Below, one piece after another: positions 12,073 through 24,103 of a stretch of DNA of 64,000 nt. This DNA comes from Zootoca vivipara (lineage: Eukaryota). The notes beneath the pieces are model-generated. The model worked only from the letters and a program-made list of their open reading frames with translations, had not been told where the DNA came from and did not search any database. The stretch covers positions 28,706,001 through 28,770,000 of the forward strand of contig NC_083288.1 in NCBI RefSeq assembly GCF_963506605.1, in the 5' to 3' direction. Both the position numbers and the translations under genes were made by a program. Each line of letters opens with the position of its first letter. Within the stretch, counting starts at the first letter, position 1.

Positions 12073-13754
12073 GTTTAGATTGTTCCTTGTAAACTGCCTA
12101 GAGGTCTTCTGTTGAATGTGTGGTATAAACATTTTGTTAAATAATTAAAAAAAACAAAAACAAAAACCACGGAGTCTTCACTTCAAATGTAGGGTCATCG
12201 TATGATACAGGATTGTGCATGATCAGGGTTCCAGCTTAGAGTGAACTCACTTTCTCTGTTGCACACAATGTCAGTGTGGGTTGGAGCCAGCAGAGGATGT
12301 GACAATGGGATGTGTGTGGAACCAATAGCATATCCTCCAACATTTCTCCGATGAAAATAAGGATGTCCCATTAGGGCGTGTCATTTAAGGACGGAATTTT
12401 TTCCCCCCGAATTTGCACAATGAGGGGTTCTAAAAACATGTTATTGCACATGAGGAATCCAAATCTGCAATTATTTTTATGATTGGTTGATGTTTAGCTT
12501 GGTAAATTGAGATCTGTTTGAAATACACAAAAAAAAGCCAAAAACTCGCATTTTGAAGCGAAGTTAAAGTTTTTAATCATTTTATACAAGTGAAAATATA
12601 AAGAAATTTTGTTTCCAGCTGTAACAACATATCATTACTTTATCATATAACGTCCTATTATAGTAAAAAAAGAAAAAAGAAAAATAAATGAACAACTTCA
12701 AGGGCTGGTATCACATGATCATGTATCTGCTGAGGGCCCACATCTGAGTAGGAGAGCCACTGGCAGAAGCCCCCTGGACCATGCTCTTCAAAAGAAGTGT
12801 ACACTGTTAAAATTTGATTCCTGTAGAATCTAAAGGCCTGCTCTTGATCCTCACAAAGATGGTGTCAGACTTAGAGAAACCATATTCCATGCAGGTCAAG
12901 ACTTCTGTTCATTTAATGGTTCTGAAGCAGGAGAATATATAGTATTTCTATCCTTCCATCACTGTGATAGAAGGGTTACCATAGTGCATATTATCCCTGC
13001 TACTATTGAAGGAACTAAAATCTTGTCTTTTTTAAAATGTGGCAATCCTTCTCTTAAGATTGGGTGCCTGTCCAACAGCCTGAATCCTATACTATCAGAA
13101 TGCTGTTTTTGCACCCCCAATTTATCCAATAAGGAAAGACCGTCACTCGACTGAACTTTGGTAGCTCTACTTTACAGTGTATTTTTAACACCTCCAAGTA
13201 GTTTATCCAGTCCTCTGCATAGACTTCATTATCGTGTTTATCATAGCTATTCTTCAAAGAAAACATGCTTTTCTCCTTCATGGGAATAAAATTCTATTTG
13301 CAAAGGGTGGAAGTGAGCAACAAAGGGACACAATTCTCTGCTGAATATAGTATATATATATAGAATACAGTATAGTATAATAAAATGATGTTGGTGGGTG
13401 AGGACCCCAGCTCCTTTGATGACCACACAATTGTTCTGGTACCAGAGATGCACTGTAACATATTCAAGCAAGACCCCAGCCCCCAGTCTCCAATGCAACA
13501 CAGAAGACAATTGCTAGGGCTGGTTAGATGTCCTCATGCCACACCATTCTGTCTATCTTGGATAGACGATAAATCTACTTGTCAGAGCATTTCGACTTTG
13601 AAACCCCAATGACTTCAGTGGGTAGACTGGTGGTAGAAAGCAAAAAAAGATATCACATACTGTTGTATAATATTAATATTAATATTAATATTAATATTAA
13701 TAGTACAGATATTAATATTAATAGTACTACAATACATATATGAGAACTACAATA

Positions 13755-14006
13755 CAGTGGCACCCCACAAGACGAATGCCTCATGCAACGAAAAACTCAC
13801 AAGATGAAAGCGTTTTGCGTTGCGCGAGGTGACTCGCAAGACAAAGTTTCCTATGACCACGCTTCGCAAGACAAATAGGAATGCATTAACAAAATGGGTA
13901 GCCCGGGTAAACCAGGAAAATTTTAAACCATGCTTTTCAAGATGAGCTTTTCGCTATACGGAGCGACTTGCAGAACAAATTAATTTCATCTTGTGATGTA
14001 CCACTG
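13755..14006. mobile_element. Tc1/mariner-Tigger type MITE
   Basis: CAGTGG...CCACTG TIRs with TA TSD. Confidence 0.8.
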
Positions 14007-14590
14007 TATCTTGTAATCAATTCTAGGCACTTATCAACATCTGTTTTCATGAAAATTGGGGAATAACCTATATGTTTATAAATGACAGAAAAAATTAAAA
14101 AATGTTAAAAAGTAGGAACTTTTCACATAGAGATTTACCAAGCAAGACCAAAATATTTACAAATAACCAAAATATATTTCAAATTACCTCATCATACCAC
14201 AACTTTTTAACACCCCTCAAATCAGGATTTTTAAAGATGAAAAATTCAACACGCCCTAATGTCCCATTGCATAATGATAATTTTAATATTTATACCACAC
14301 ACCCCTGTTACTCTCAGCAGTTTCCAGCATATAGAAAACATAATAAAACATTAAACATTTAAAAAGCTTCCCTATACAAGGTTGCCTTCAGACGGCTCAG
14401 GAGTCAGTTAACTCCATACCTCCAATATTTCTTCAGTGAAAGTCAGACATCCTACTATAGGCTACCCTCCTACATTTCTCCAATGAAAATAGGGATGTCC
14501 CTGGAAACTAGGGGCAATGTCAGTTGCCTGGCAACTAAAGCAGGCTGATGTTTCCATCTAGTACAATATCGTGTCAAAAAGAGGCCAGCC

Positions 14591-14874
14591 CAGGGCTGGA
14601 TTTAGTAGCCCCAAGCTACTGAAGGTAATGGGGCCCTTTATATGTCCAGCTGTCCTTTCTCAACAACAAATTTCCGCTGTTTTTTGTGTTGAATATATGG
14701 TAATTTATGGACCTAACAACACTGTTGTTGTATGTAGGTTTTATTTTATTTGCTTTTTATCTTATATTTTGGAAATATACATCCAGGTCTTTTTTCCTTT
14801 AATTTTTTTTGCCCCCCCAAGAGAGTGGGACCCTAAGCTATAGCTTGTTTAGCTTATACATAAATCTGGCAGTG
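14591..14874. mobile_element. hAT-type non-autonomous transposon
   Basis: Degenerate TIRs cagggctggattta/taaatctggcagtg; TSD ggccagcc/ggccagtc. Confidence 0.7.
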
Positions 14875-15364
14875 GGCCAGTCAGATAGTTGTTGAATGCC
14901 CACCAGTCAGCTACTAGTATTCAGAAGAGTAACACCTGTGGACATGGATGTTCTGCTTAGCTATCATGCCTTCAATTATGTATGTTAAATGCTCTCTATG
15001 TAAATGGATATGAGAACCACTATAACCACCTGCCTGCCTCAGATCAACAGAGTCTGCACTTTGCAATCTCCCAAGCAACATCATGTGAAATAATGAGCAG
15101 TTTGCCAGCTTAGAAATTGTGCAGGCATTGTGCAGCTTGAACATGTGCATCAAATGGAAATGATGAATGATGACCAGCATTTTAAAGCTGCCGCAATTAG
15201 GCAACAAGAAGGTCGGCGGTTCGAATCCCTGTGATGGGGTGAGCTCCCGTTGCTTGGTCCCAGCTCCTTGGTAGTGTTTGAAAAAAGTAGAGACAGGAAT
15301 GGTTCAAATATATTTTCCTGTATGCAGATTTGTGTTTGTGTAACGCTTCTGCTAGTTATACACA

Positions 15365-16775
15365 AATGACACCTACAATGTGGGTTCACCATCATGGTGG
15401 GCACGATTTTGCAGTGGGGGCTTAACAAACCACTCCTGAGCTGCAAAGGTGGGGGCATGAGTGGTCACCATTTGATAGGTCCCTGGCTGTTGTTGGGCAA
15501 ATTTATATGTTGCAATTTGATGGGTCAGCCCCCTGGGTATTTAAGCCAAAGAGAGAGGTTTCTCTTTCACTTTGGCTGGATCCCCACCCTCCCTCCGCTG
15601 TTTTAGGCCTCTGTGTTGACCTTGCTGTGCCTCTCATGTGGTCGCCTGTATTCAGGGGCCTGATAGGAATTTTTCCATTTGACTGATTGGCTGGTGCCAT
15701 CTGGTTTTTGCCTACTGCATAGCAAATAGCCAAAGGACGCAATGCAGGCTCCTACACAAGTATTAATGCTACCTCATGCCTCATTCCTACACCTCTTGTT
15801 ATAGGAGCCGCTGCTGCCCTTCATGGTTTCTGGGGATTCGGCCCTGGGGCCCCACACAAGGATGCAGGTTCCGCCATCTCTAGTGCCAGCTCCACAGTAC
15901 ATAAATAACCCATCTGCAGAACCTGTAGTTATTCATTGGCTCAATAATAATAATTCATTATTTATACCCTGCCCATCTGGCTGGGTTTCCCCAGCCACTC
16001 TGGGCGGCTCCCAACAAAATTAAAACAGAATTAATTTCTCACAGGGAGGGAATTGCCAGAAGACCCTTGGCATTGGACCTCAGTGTCCGGGCAGAACGAT
16101 GGGAGTGGAGACACTCCTTCAGGTATACTGAACCAAGGCCGTTTAGGACTTTAAAAGTCAGAACCAACACTTTTGAATTGTGCTCGGAAACGTACTGGGA
16201 GCCAATGTAGGTCTTTCAGGACCGGTATATAGCCCCCATACCTATCAATTTTTTTAGTGGCTGTATACCCTCTGTGTTAACTTTATGCAAACCATCAAGC
16301 CACTCAATATATATTGGAGGGTTTCACCCAAGGTTTGAGGATCCCAGTGATGGGTGAGCACAGTTGTCATGAGGCCTCCAACCAGAGTTTAGTCAGGGAG
16401 CATCCTGACATTGCTGCAGAAAGAGAGAGAGCCACAGACAGGATGGCTGGCCCCTGCATGGACCCACGCCTAGGGGATTTTCAGGTGCATGCTTTGGGCA
16501 TAATGCCCAACAAGGCTCTGGGCAAGTTAATTCACAATTTGTCATATCCTAGGAAGGGGTGGGGGTGTCTGTGAATGATGTAATACCACATAAATTATGC
16601 TCAGTGTGGTGTGCCTCTTTTTATCAAAATGAAGTTGATCAGCTCCTGCCGCACCTTTGGCAAAATGTGACACTGAATCTGCTTTCTGCCTGCTCCCCTG
16701 TGCATCCTGATGATTTCTGACAGCTGGGTTTCAAATTGAATCACTGCAGGTATATTGATATAGCCCATGGGCGGT
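15365..16775 (+). mobile_element. Ngaro/DIRS tyrosine-recombinase retrotransposon relic (terminal repeat and RT N-terminus), interrupted by L2
   Basis: EGFTQGLRIP...RMAGP...LGIMPNK...LIHNLSYP..SVND...LLPLCI..PMG-like RT motifs at 16310-16770; repeat motif shared with 51390-51465. Confidence 0.7.
15950..16226 (-). mobile_element. L2 LINE 3' fragment (related degraded copies near 14290, 18540, 42935, 59180)
   Basis: tttataccctgcccatctggctgggtttccccagccactctgggcggct end with (AAT)n tail. Confidence 0.65.
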
Positions 16776-17403
16776 GCCATTTTTTTTTTTGAAAAAGAGG
16801 TGCCAGAACTCAGTTCTCCTAGAATAGCAATGGTACCCACCTGAGAGGTGCTGGAACTGGGTTCTGGTGAGTTCCAGCTTGGGGGGGGAAGCCCTGCTTA
16901 TGGGCAGCTTCATTTAGGTTCTGTAAGTGCTTTTGCACAGATAAAATTGGCTAGAAGAAATGCTTTACCCATGAGGATATCATTTGAAACGTTTTTCTCA
17001 TCCCTATGTATTGGAATGCATTTTTCTTTTTTAAAGTCCTCATAGGTTCATATTGTGCATTCTCCCCAGAGCTTAATTTGCTGTAGAGAATTTGTTCATT
17101 ATTTGAATATATTCTGCTCTCAGGATATATCAGATTAAATCCTTGAGTAGGATAGCCCACAGATCTGATTTATAGAACCACTGGATAGATAAATAATTGA
17201 GTATATACAGTGGATATGTTATATAAATGAAACCTATGTTTTTATTTCTATTATTATTATTATTATCATCAATACGGTATTATTTACTCTGTTCATAAAA
17301 AATATTAATGCAGATCTATTACCCCCTCCCTTTCACCCAAAGAAAACTGAAAATATAAGTGTCATGACAGTTTAAAATAATATCTAAATATACTAGATTC
17401 AAT

Positions 17404-18328
17404 CTATGACTGCAGTTTCTTCTCCGCCAGCCTTTTAAGTGCTCCTAACACATCCTGGTTTCTCAGTGTGTAGATTAAAGGGTTTAACATGGGTATCAGA
17501 GCTGCATTAAAGATATAAATAATTTTATCAATAGCATGACTGTCCTTAGATTGAGGTTTGATATATGTGATTATAGAATTTCCAAAGAACACCAGCACTA
17601 CAACCAGGTGAGATCCACAAGTAGAGAAGGCTTTCAGTCTGCTGCCAGATGAATGGATTCTCAAAATGGCCACAAGGATACGCACATAGGAAAAAAAGGA
17701 TGAAACAGAAGGGGAAAAGAACTGTGCAGGTGCTGGTGAAGTACATTGTCAGTTGTCCCACAGCCATGTTTGAACAAATCAATTTCATGAGGGCTGTGAG
17801 CTCACATGCAAAATGATCCACCTCATTATGTCCACAGAAGTGGGCAGGATTTGCAAGACAGGGAACGATAGCAAGTAAGAAGGCCATTGTCCATGATACA
17901 ATAGCTAAAACAATGCAAACTTTCCAGTTCATGATAAGCATATAACGGAGTGGATTGGAGATGGCAACATACCGGTCATAAGCCATGACTGCCAACAAGA
18001 AACATTCTGTTGATCCAAGGTATATGCCAGTGTAAATCTGAATATAACATTTAGCAAAAGACATGACGGGTCTGTCCACCAAACAGTTGGCAATAGATTG
18101 TGGAACTGAAGATGTACAAAGACAGATATCAATGATGGACAGATTGCAGAGGAAGAAGTACATTGGGTTATGGAGCCGAGGATCAGCTGTGACAACAAAG
18201 ACAATGAGTCCATTTCCAATTATGTTTCCCAAGTAGATGATGGTCATTAAAGCTGCCAATCCTATCTTTGTTTTGGGATGTCCAGAAAATCCAATGAGGA
18301 CAAATTCAGTGATGTCAGTCTCATTCAT
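17404..18328 (-). pseudogene. Olfactory receptor OR3 with +1 frameshift (pseudogene or homopolymer sequencing error)
   Basis: ORFs 17546..18328 and 17404..17685 join into a full OR. The A-run at 17691-17697 has 7 A where OR4 and OR5 have 6. Confidence 0.85.
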
Positions 18329-18647
18329 TTATACGTTCTGCAGAAAGATTTTTTGGGGTGATCAAGGGAAGATATTAAAGATATTCAATATTTGAGAAAG
18401 CTAGATAATTAATCATATACAATCTAAACATTTATATGAATATTGCAAACCAATATATTGATACCATTAAATTACATCAACAATTTTTTAGGATCTGAAC
18501 TATAGAACTGATAGCTAAATAGATAATCAAGCGGGTTTTTTGGGAGGGGTATTGGGTTGCTGTTGTTTTTATTTTGATTATGTATTTTGTGGCTTTATAT
18601 TTTGATTTTACTCTGTGAACCACCCTGAGACCTCTGGGTATAGGGCA

Positions 18648-18691
<44 letters not shown>

Positions 18692-18820
18692 TGCATCACA
18701 TAACTGATATACAAAAAAAACAACCAGTGATATTGTGGGAAAAGAGACTTGGGGGAGAAGTATATGTGCTTCAAAACCAGTTTGTCTAATATGCTAGCTG
18801 CGTAGATCTATTTAAGGAAA

Positions 18821-19310
18821 ACTCAAATGCTACATGTTATGTATCACTGTGTCCAAATTAATTTGCTGATTCAGCAAAGCTCGGAACAGTAGGAAATATG
18901 AAGTGCATGAGACAATACAGGACACAGCCACCCATTGCAAGTTGATGTACATGAGCATGCATTGCGATGCAAACATATTATTTCAAGATGATCATACAAT
19001 GTATGGGACTGGAGATTGCAACATACACCTGGTTAATGACATGACAGGTCTGTCAACTAAACAACAATAACTCATGAGAATGAAGCGGCGGTAAAACAAT
19101 CAGTGTCAATCATGAGAAAATTAAAAATGTGCATTCAACTCAGCAACTACTTAATACAATGAGTCCATTTATAATTATAGTCACCAAAGAGGCTAAGGTC
19201 AGAAAATTCATGAAGCCCATTCTGGCCTTGATTCCAAAGCAATAGTTAATTTAATATATCCAATATCCAATGAAACACAAATATTTCTGTATAATTCTCC
19301 AAGTTCCAAC
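18821..19310 (-). pseudogene. Highly decayed OR relic (N-terminus to ECL2, with internal deletions)
   Basis: Minus-strand translation gives KARMGFMNFLTLASLVTIIINGLIV, CLVDRPVMSLTRC, YVAISSPIHCMII and FGH...HVAFE, collinear with the local ORs. Many stops and frameshifts. Confidence 0.75.
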
Positions 19311-20450
19311 TGTAGAATTGTTCAATAGAAAGAAAACCAATGTAGTTACATATGGCTCCTGGTTTTGTACAGGGATTTATTAGAGATAATTAAAAATTAA
19401 AATATGACTCTAACAATAGCAGTACAATAGATCTGCCAGACTAAACTGAAAAACCCGAAGATGAATAAATATCATATTGGGACTGCACCAAATTCAATGG
19501 ATTTCTTGCTCAAGCAGTAGCTTACTATACATCATTTGAAGAACAAAACAAAAAGTTACATGGACCATTGGTCTGACATGGCTAATGCTTCTACAATGTG
19601 GCAAAGTTCCATTTGGAGTAAATTAGTAAAATGTGCTAGAGGCAGTAGACCAAATACCCAAACACTATTCAGCCAAAATGATTGATACCAATAGGCATCC
19701 ATTTTAACTGCATATACCTAATGTCATAATATATGATAATTTAGGAAGGAGGGCTGCAGCTCATTGGAAGAGCATCTGCTTTGTGTGCAGATGGTTCCTG
19801 ATTCAATCTCTGGCATCTTCAGATAGGGACAAAAATGCTCCCTGTCTGAAACCCCAAAGAGTCATTCTCAATCGGTTTAGAAGATAATGAGCTAAATAGC
19901 CTAATGTTATGACTCAGTATAAGGTAACAATGCTTTGCTATCTAATTATAATTTACATGTGAAATGCGGGTTTTAAAGCTATTTTCTCTTGTTATGTTAT
20001 CTTCCATTTTATCTAGAACTATGTGATGGTTTCTACACTTTCAAATGCACACTAAAAGAAAAAAGAAAAAAAGATTTCATTTAAGGCACATTTTTAAATT
20101 CCCCAACACATTTCTAGACCATTTTTTAACAGTTGAAAGAGGAAGGGAACAAAAACTGTTTTCAGTTGGCTGGAAGCATCCCTGATTATTATTTCACTGA
20201 TTCTTGTGCCTTTCAGATGCAGGTTAAAAATGGGTAAGGCTTCATCTAAGTTAAATCTTTAAACATCCCAGGGATTTCAGTTGGACAGATGCATTTGACA
20301 CTTTTAATGAAAGCTTTATAGAGCACTTGGTATAGTATTTTCATAATTATTATTAAATTTATATATTGCTCTTCATCCGGGTATCATAGAGTTGTTTACA
20401 ATACAAATCAAAACAGTGGAATCCAAATAATCAGGTCAATTTAAAAAGAG

Positions 20451-20906
20451 CTTACCTTTTAAAAAAATCTCTTCAAACTAGGGTGAAAAATCTACTCAGT
20501 TGTGACAGTATGCTTTTTTAAACATCAGCCCATCGTGGTAGATTTCCCCCCACAATTTTGGTAACATAATGCAATAATAATTTGGTAACATAATCCAAGA
20601 CTGAAAGAGGAAGAAGTTTGGAGCTATTGTGGCATTCTTTGCAAATTAAAACATAATATATTTACTTCTCCCTTAAATTCAAAACAGTTCTGGATCTAGT
20701 ATATTATTAAAAACACATTTTCAGAATCCCTGTTACTGATTCCTTTTGACTCACTATGTTCATCAAATTAAAAAGAAAGGAAAGCAATGAAGGTCTGAAA
20801 GCTGGCTATAGCACTTTTACTTTCCTAATTATTTTTCTTATATTATCCAGGCCTTCAGTCATTATCCTTATATAAGTAGCATATGTTTAAATCTGAAGCA
20901 TCCAGG

Positions 20907-20962
<56 letters not shown>

Positions 20963-21000
20963 ATTGTTGCATCCAGCTAAAGATACACAGTGCTATATTA
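20451..21000 (-). other. Putative non-coding 5' exon region of OR3 with splice donor; paralogous blocks at ~24794-25320 (OR4) and ~31020-31530 (OR5)
   Basis: Conserved block containing AAG|GTAA donors (plus strand ttacctt at ~20452, ~24795, ~31021). ORs typically have non-coding 5' exons. Exon limits are inferred. Confidence 0.5.
20908..20961. repeat. (GT)n microsatellite
   Basis: Direct reading. Confidence 0.95.
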
Positions 21001-21030
21001 GTTCTTGATTTCTGGTTTGCCCTTCTGCAT

Positions 21031-21062
21031 TCCCATATGAAACAATCCCCACTGACTACTTT
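21031..21062 (-). promoter_or_regulatory. Putative OR3 promoter module
   Basis: AAAGTA-G-TCAGTGGGGA-TTGTT-TCATATGGGA. Confidence 0.6.
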
Positions 21063-21293
21063 GTTTGAGAGCATTGAAAATGCATCTACAACTATCCAGC
21101 TTATAAATCTGAAGTCATCATCAGAAAACTAGGTTTCACAACAAAACTGTAGATCTCAACCACTTGAGCAAAATTAACCCCACTGAGTTTACTTGAACAC
21201 ACTCAAGGGTTATTCTGATCCCCTCCTGCACCCAGTGGGGCTGGTCTTAAAGAGTGTAGGTGGCACTTTAGAACTTTCTACCAATAGATATTA

Positions 21294-21660
21294 GGGACCC
21301 AGGTGGCGCTGTGGGTTAAAGCACAGAGTCTAGGGCTTGCTGATCAGAAGGTCGGCGGTTCGAATCCCTGTGACGGGGTGAGCTTCCGTTGCTCGGTCCC
21401 AGCTCCTGCCAACCTAGCAGTTCGAAAGCACGTCAAAGTGCAAGTAGATACATAGGGACCGCTCCGGCGGGAAGGTAAACGGCGTTTCCGTGCACTGCTC
21501 TGGTTCGCCAGAAGCAGCTTTGTCATGCTGGCCACATGACCCGGAAGCTGTCTGCGGACAAACGCCGGCTCCCTCGGCCTATAGAGCGAGATGAGCGCCG
21601 CAACCCCAGAGTCGGACACGACTGGACCTGATGGTCAGGGGCCCCTTTACCTTTACCTTT
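21294..21660 (+). mobile_element. Full-length Sauria SINE
   Basis: A box (ggtggcgctgtgg), B box (ggttcgaatcc), accttt tail, 14-bp TSD accaatagatatta. Confidence 0.95.
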
Positions 21661-22024
21661 ACCAATAGATATTAGGCAGACAACATTATGGCATTGTTTG
21701 GGGTGCCAGCTATTAACTTTTGTGTTCCAGAAATTGTGTTATTTTAAAAAGTATACACATTTTATACATGCTAGTTTACACACATACACACACATGCCAC
21801 CCCCACACAATTAATGTTTATTTTGCATTGCATTGGTATTCTGAAAGAATATATAAGACTTGTAAAATGTTCATAGGTCTTCTGTTCTGTTACATAACAT
21901 AAAAATGTTGTCTATATTATGCTGTATCTCATTTGTCCCCCCCAAAATGACTAGAAATATGGCAAGGGTGTGCATTCGCCTAAAAAATCACATGGCAGTT
22001 GTATCTGTTGATTTTTAAAAGTTA

Positions 22025-22538
22025 CCTACTTACCAGTATTTTTCTTTTTTGAGTAAATGTTATTGAAATTTTTGGGGGGAATACAAATATGACTATCATA
22101 TATCTTTTTATCAAAACTAAAATGCTAATCTAAGTAGCAGGGCAGAAAAAGAGATAAGAAGGGAACAGAATGAATGGGGAAAGGGGGGGATAAAATAAAA
22201 ATAAAGACAACTTCTGATTCTTCATCTGCTAGCTATATAGAAAATTATTCAACACACCCTCTCCAAGATAACACCCAACAGCAAATCCACATTCTAGAAA
22301 CCAACATTATCTTCAGTTTTCAAAGCCAGATATTATTAGTTCATTTTCTTTTTCATGCAAAAAGTCTATAAGAAGTTTCCAATCTTTAGTAATATTAAGT
22401 GATTATTCTGATTAAGCACATTGATTTCACCATCTCTGCTAAGTCCAGTAATTTTAACAATTCTTCCTCAACTGTAAATATCTGTGCATATAAATGTATT
22501 GCTGCTATAATTACATACAGTATTGAAATAAAGTTCCA
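22025..22538 (-). mobile_element. L1-like LINE 3' fragment (related pieces at ~985-1370 and ~1530-1640)
   Basis: Shared motif caaaaag...cataagaagtttccaat and similar composition. Confidence 0.5.
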
Positions 22539-22893
22539 TAAGGTAAAGGGACCCATTAGGTCCAGGCGTGACCAACTCTGTGGTTGCGGCACTCATCTCA
22601 CTCTATAGGCCGAGGGAACCGGCGTTTGTCTGCAGACAGCTTCCGGGTCATGTGGCCAGCATGACTAAGCCACTTCTGGCAAACCAGAGCAGCACGCGGA
22701 AATGCCGTTTACCTTCCCGCCGGAGCGGTACCTATTTATCTACTTACACTTTGACGTGCTTTCAAACTGCTAGGTGGGCAGGAGCTGGGACTGAACAATG
22801 GGAGGTCACCCTGTTGCGGGTATTCGAACTACCGACTTTCTGATTGGCAAGTCCTAGGCTCAGTGGTTTAGACCACAGCACCACCCGAGTCCC
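22539..22893 (-). mobile_element. Sauria SINE
   Basis: Full-length reverse copy. Confidence 0.9.
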
Positions 22894-23179
22894 TAAATCC
22901 TTTGGGTAGGATCGCAGAACAACTGGATAGATAGATATAGATGGATAGACAGATAGATGATAGAAAAATAGGTAGTTAAATAGAGTGCATGCATTATGAC
23001 AACGAAGCCTGTGCTTTAGTTTCTTATTATTTTTTATTTTTTATTTTTTAATTTCCTTTAATGCACATTTCAGAGATATAAGGTTCTTTACAAGGAAAAA
23101 CATTTTAAAAGCTTGTTAAAAACATGACAATGTTATGATAATTTAGAATACCATCAAAACTCACAAGATTCATACAAGA

Positions 23180-24103
23180 TTATGACTGCAGGTTCTTCCC
23201 CACCAGCTTTTTAAGTGCTCCTAATACATCCTGGTTTCTCAGTGTGTAGATTAAAGGGTTTAACATGGGTACTAGTGCTTGATTAAAGATATAAATAATT
23301 TTGTCACTAGCCTGATTGTCTTTAGACTGAGGCTTGATGTATAGTGCTATAGCATTTCCAAAGAACACCAGCACCACAGCTAGGTGAGATCCACAAGTAG
23401 AGAAAGCTTTCAGTCTGCTGCCAGATGAATGGATTCTCAAAATGGCCACAAGGATACGCACATAGGAAAAAATGATGAAACAGAAGGGGAAAAGAACTGT
23501 GCAGGTGCTGGTGAAGTACATTGTCAGTTGTCCCACAGCCATGTTTGAACAAATCAATTTCATGAGGGCTGTGAGCTCACATGCAAAATGATCCACTTCA
23601 TTATGTCCACAGAAATGGGCAGGATTTGCAAGACAGGGAACGATAGCAAGTAAGAAGGCCATTGTCCATGATACAATAGCTAAAACAATGCAAACTTTCC
23701 AGTTCATGATAAGCATATAACGGAGTGGATTGGAGATGGCAACATACCGGTCATAAGCCATGACTGCCAACAAGAAACATTCTGTTGATCCAAGGTATAT
23801 GCCAGTGTACATCTGAATATAACATTTAGCAAAAGACATGACGGGTCTGTCCACCAAACAGTTGGCAATAGATTGTGGAACTGAAGATGTACAAAGACAG
23901 ATATCAATGATGGACAGATTGCAGAGGAAGAAGTACATTGGATTATGGAGCCGAGGATCAGCTGTAACAACAAAGACAATGAGTCCATTTCCAATTATGT
24001 TTCCCAAGTAGATGATGGTCATTAAAGCTGCCAATCCTATCTTTGTTTTGGGATGTCCAGAAAATCCAATGAGGACAAATTCAGTGATTTCAGACTCATT
24101 CAT
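23180..24103 (-). CDS. Olfactory receptor OR4, 307 aa
   Basis: LHNPMYFFLCNLS, MAYDRYVAISNPLRY, KAFSTCGSHL, PMLNPLIYTLRN; intact. Confidence 0.96.
   Translation of the reverse strand: MNESEITEFVLIGFSGHPKTKIGLAALMTIIYLGNIIGNGLIVFVVTADPRLHNPMYFFLCNLSIIDICLCTSSVPQSIANCLVDRPVMSFAKCYIQMYTGIYLGSTECFLLAVMAYDRYVAISNPLRYMLIMNWKVCIVLAIVSWTMAFLLAIVPCLANPAHFCGHNEVDHFACELTALMKLICSNMAVGQLTMYFTSTCTVLFPFCFIIFSYVRILVAILRIHSSGSRLKAFSTCGSHLAVVLVFFGNAIALYIKPQSKDNQASDKIIYIFNQALVPMLNPLIYTLRNQDVLGALKKLVGKNLQS

Noticed and set aside
13668-13722. (TAATAT)n palindromic array as a homeodomain site cluster
   Set aside because: Simple AT-rich slippage repeat next to a MITE, with no Ebf sites and no paralogous conservation.
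21344-21619. Repeated ~90-aa ORF family (ALISLYRPREPAFV...)
   Set aside because: Antisense translation of Sauria SINE copies.
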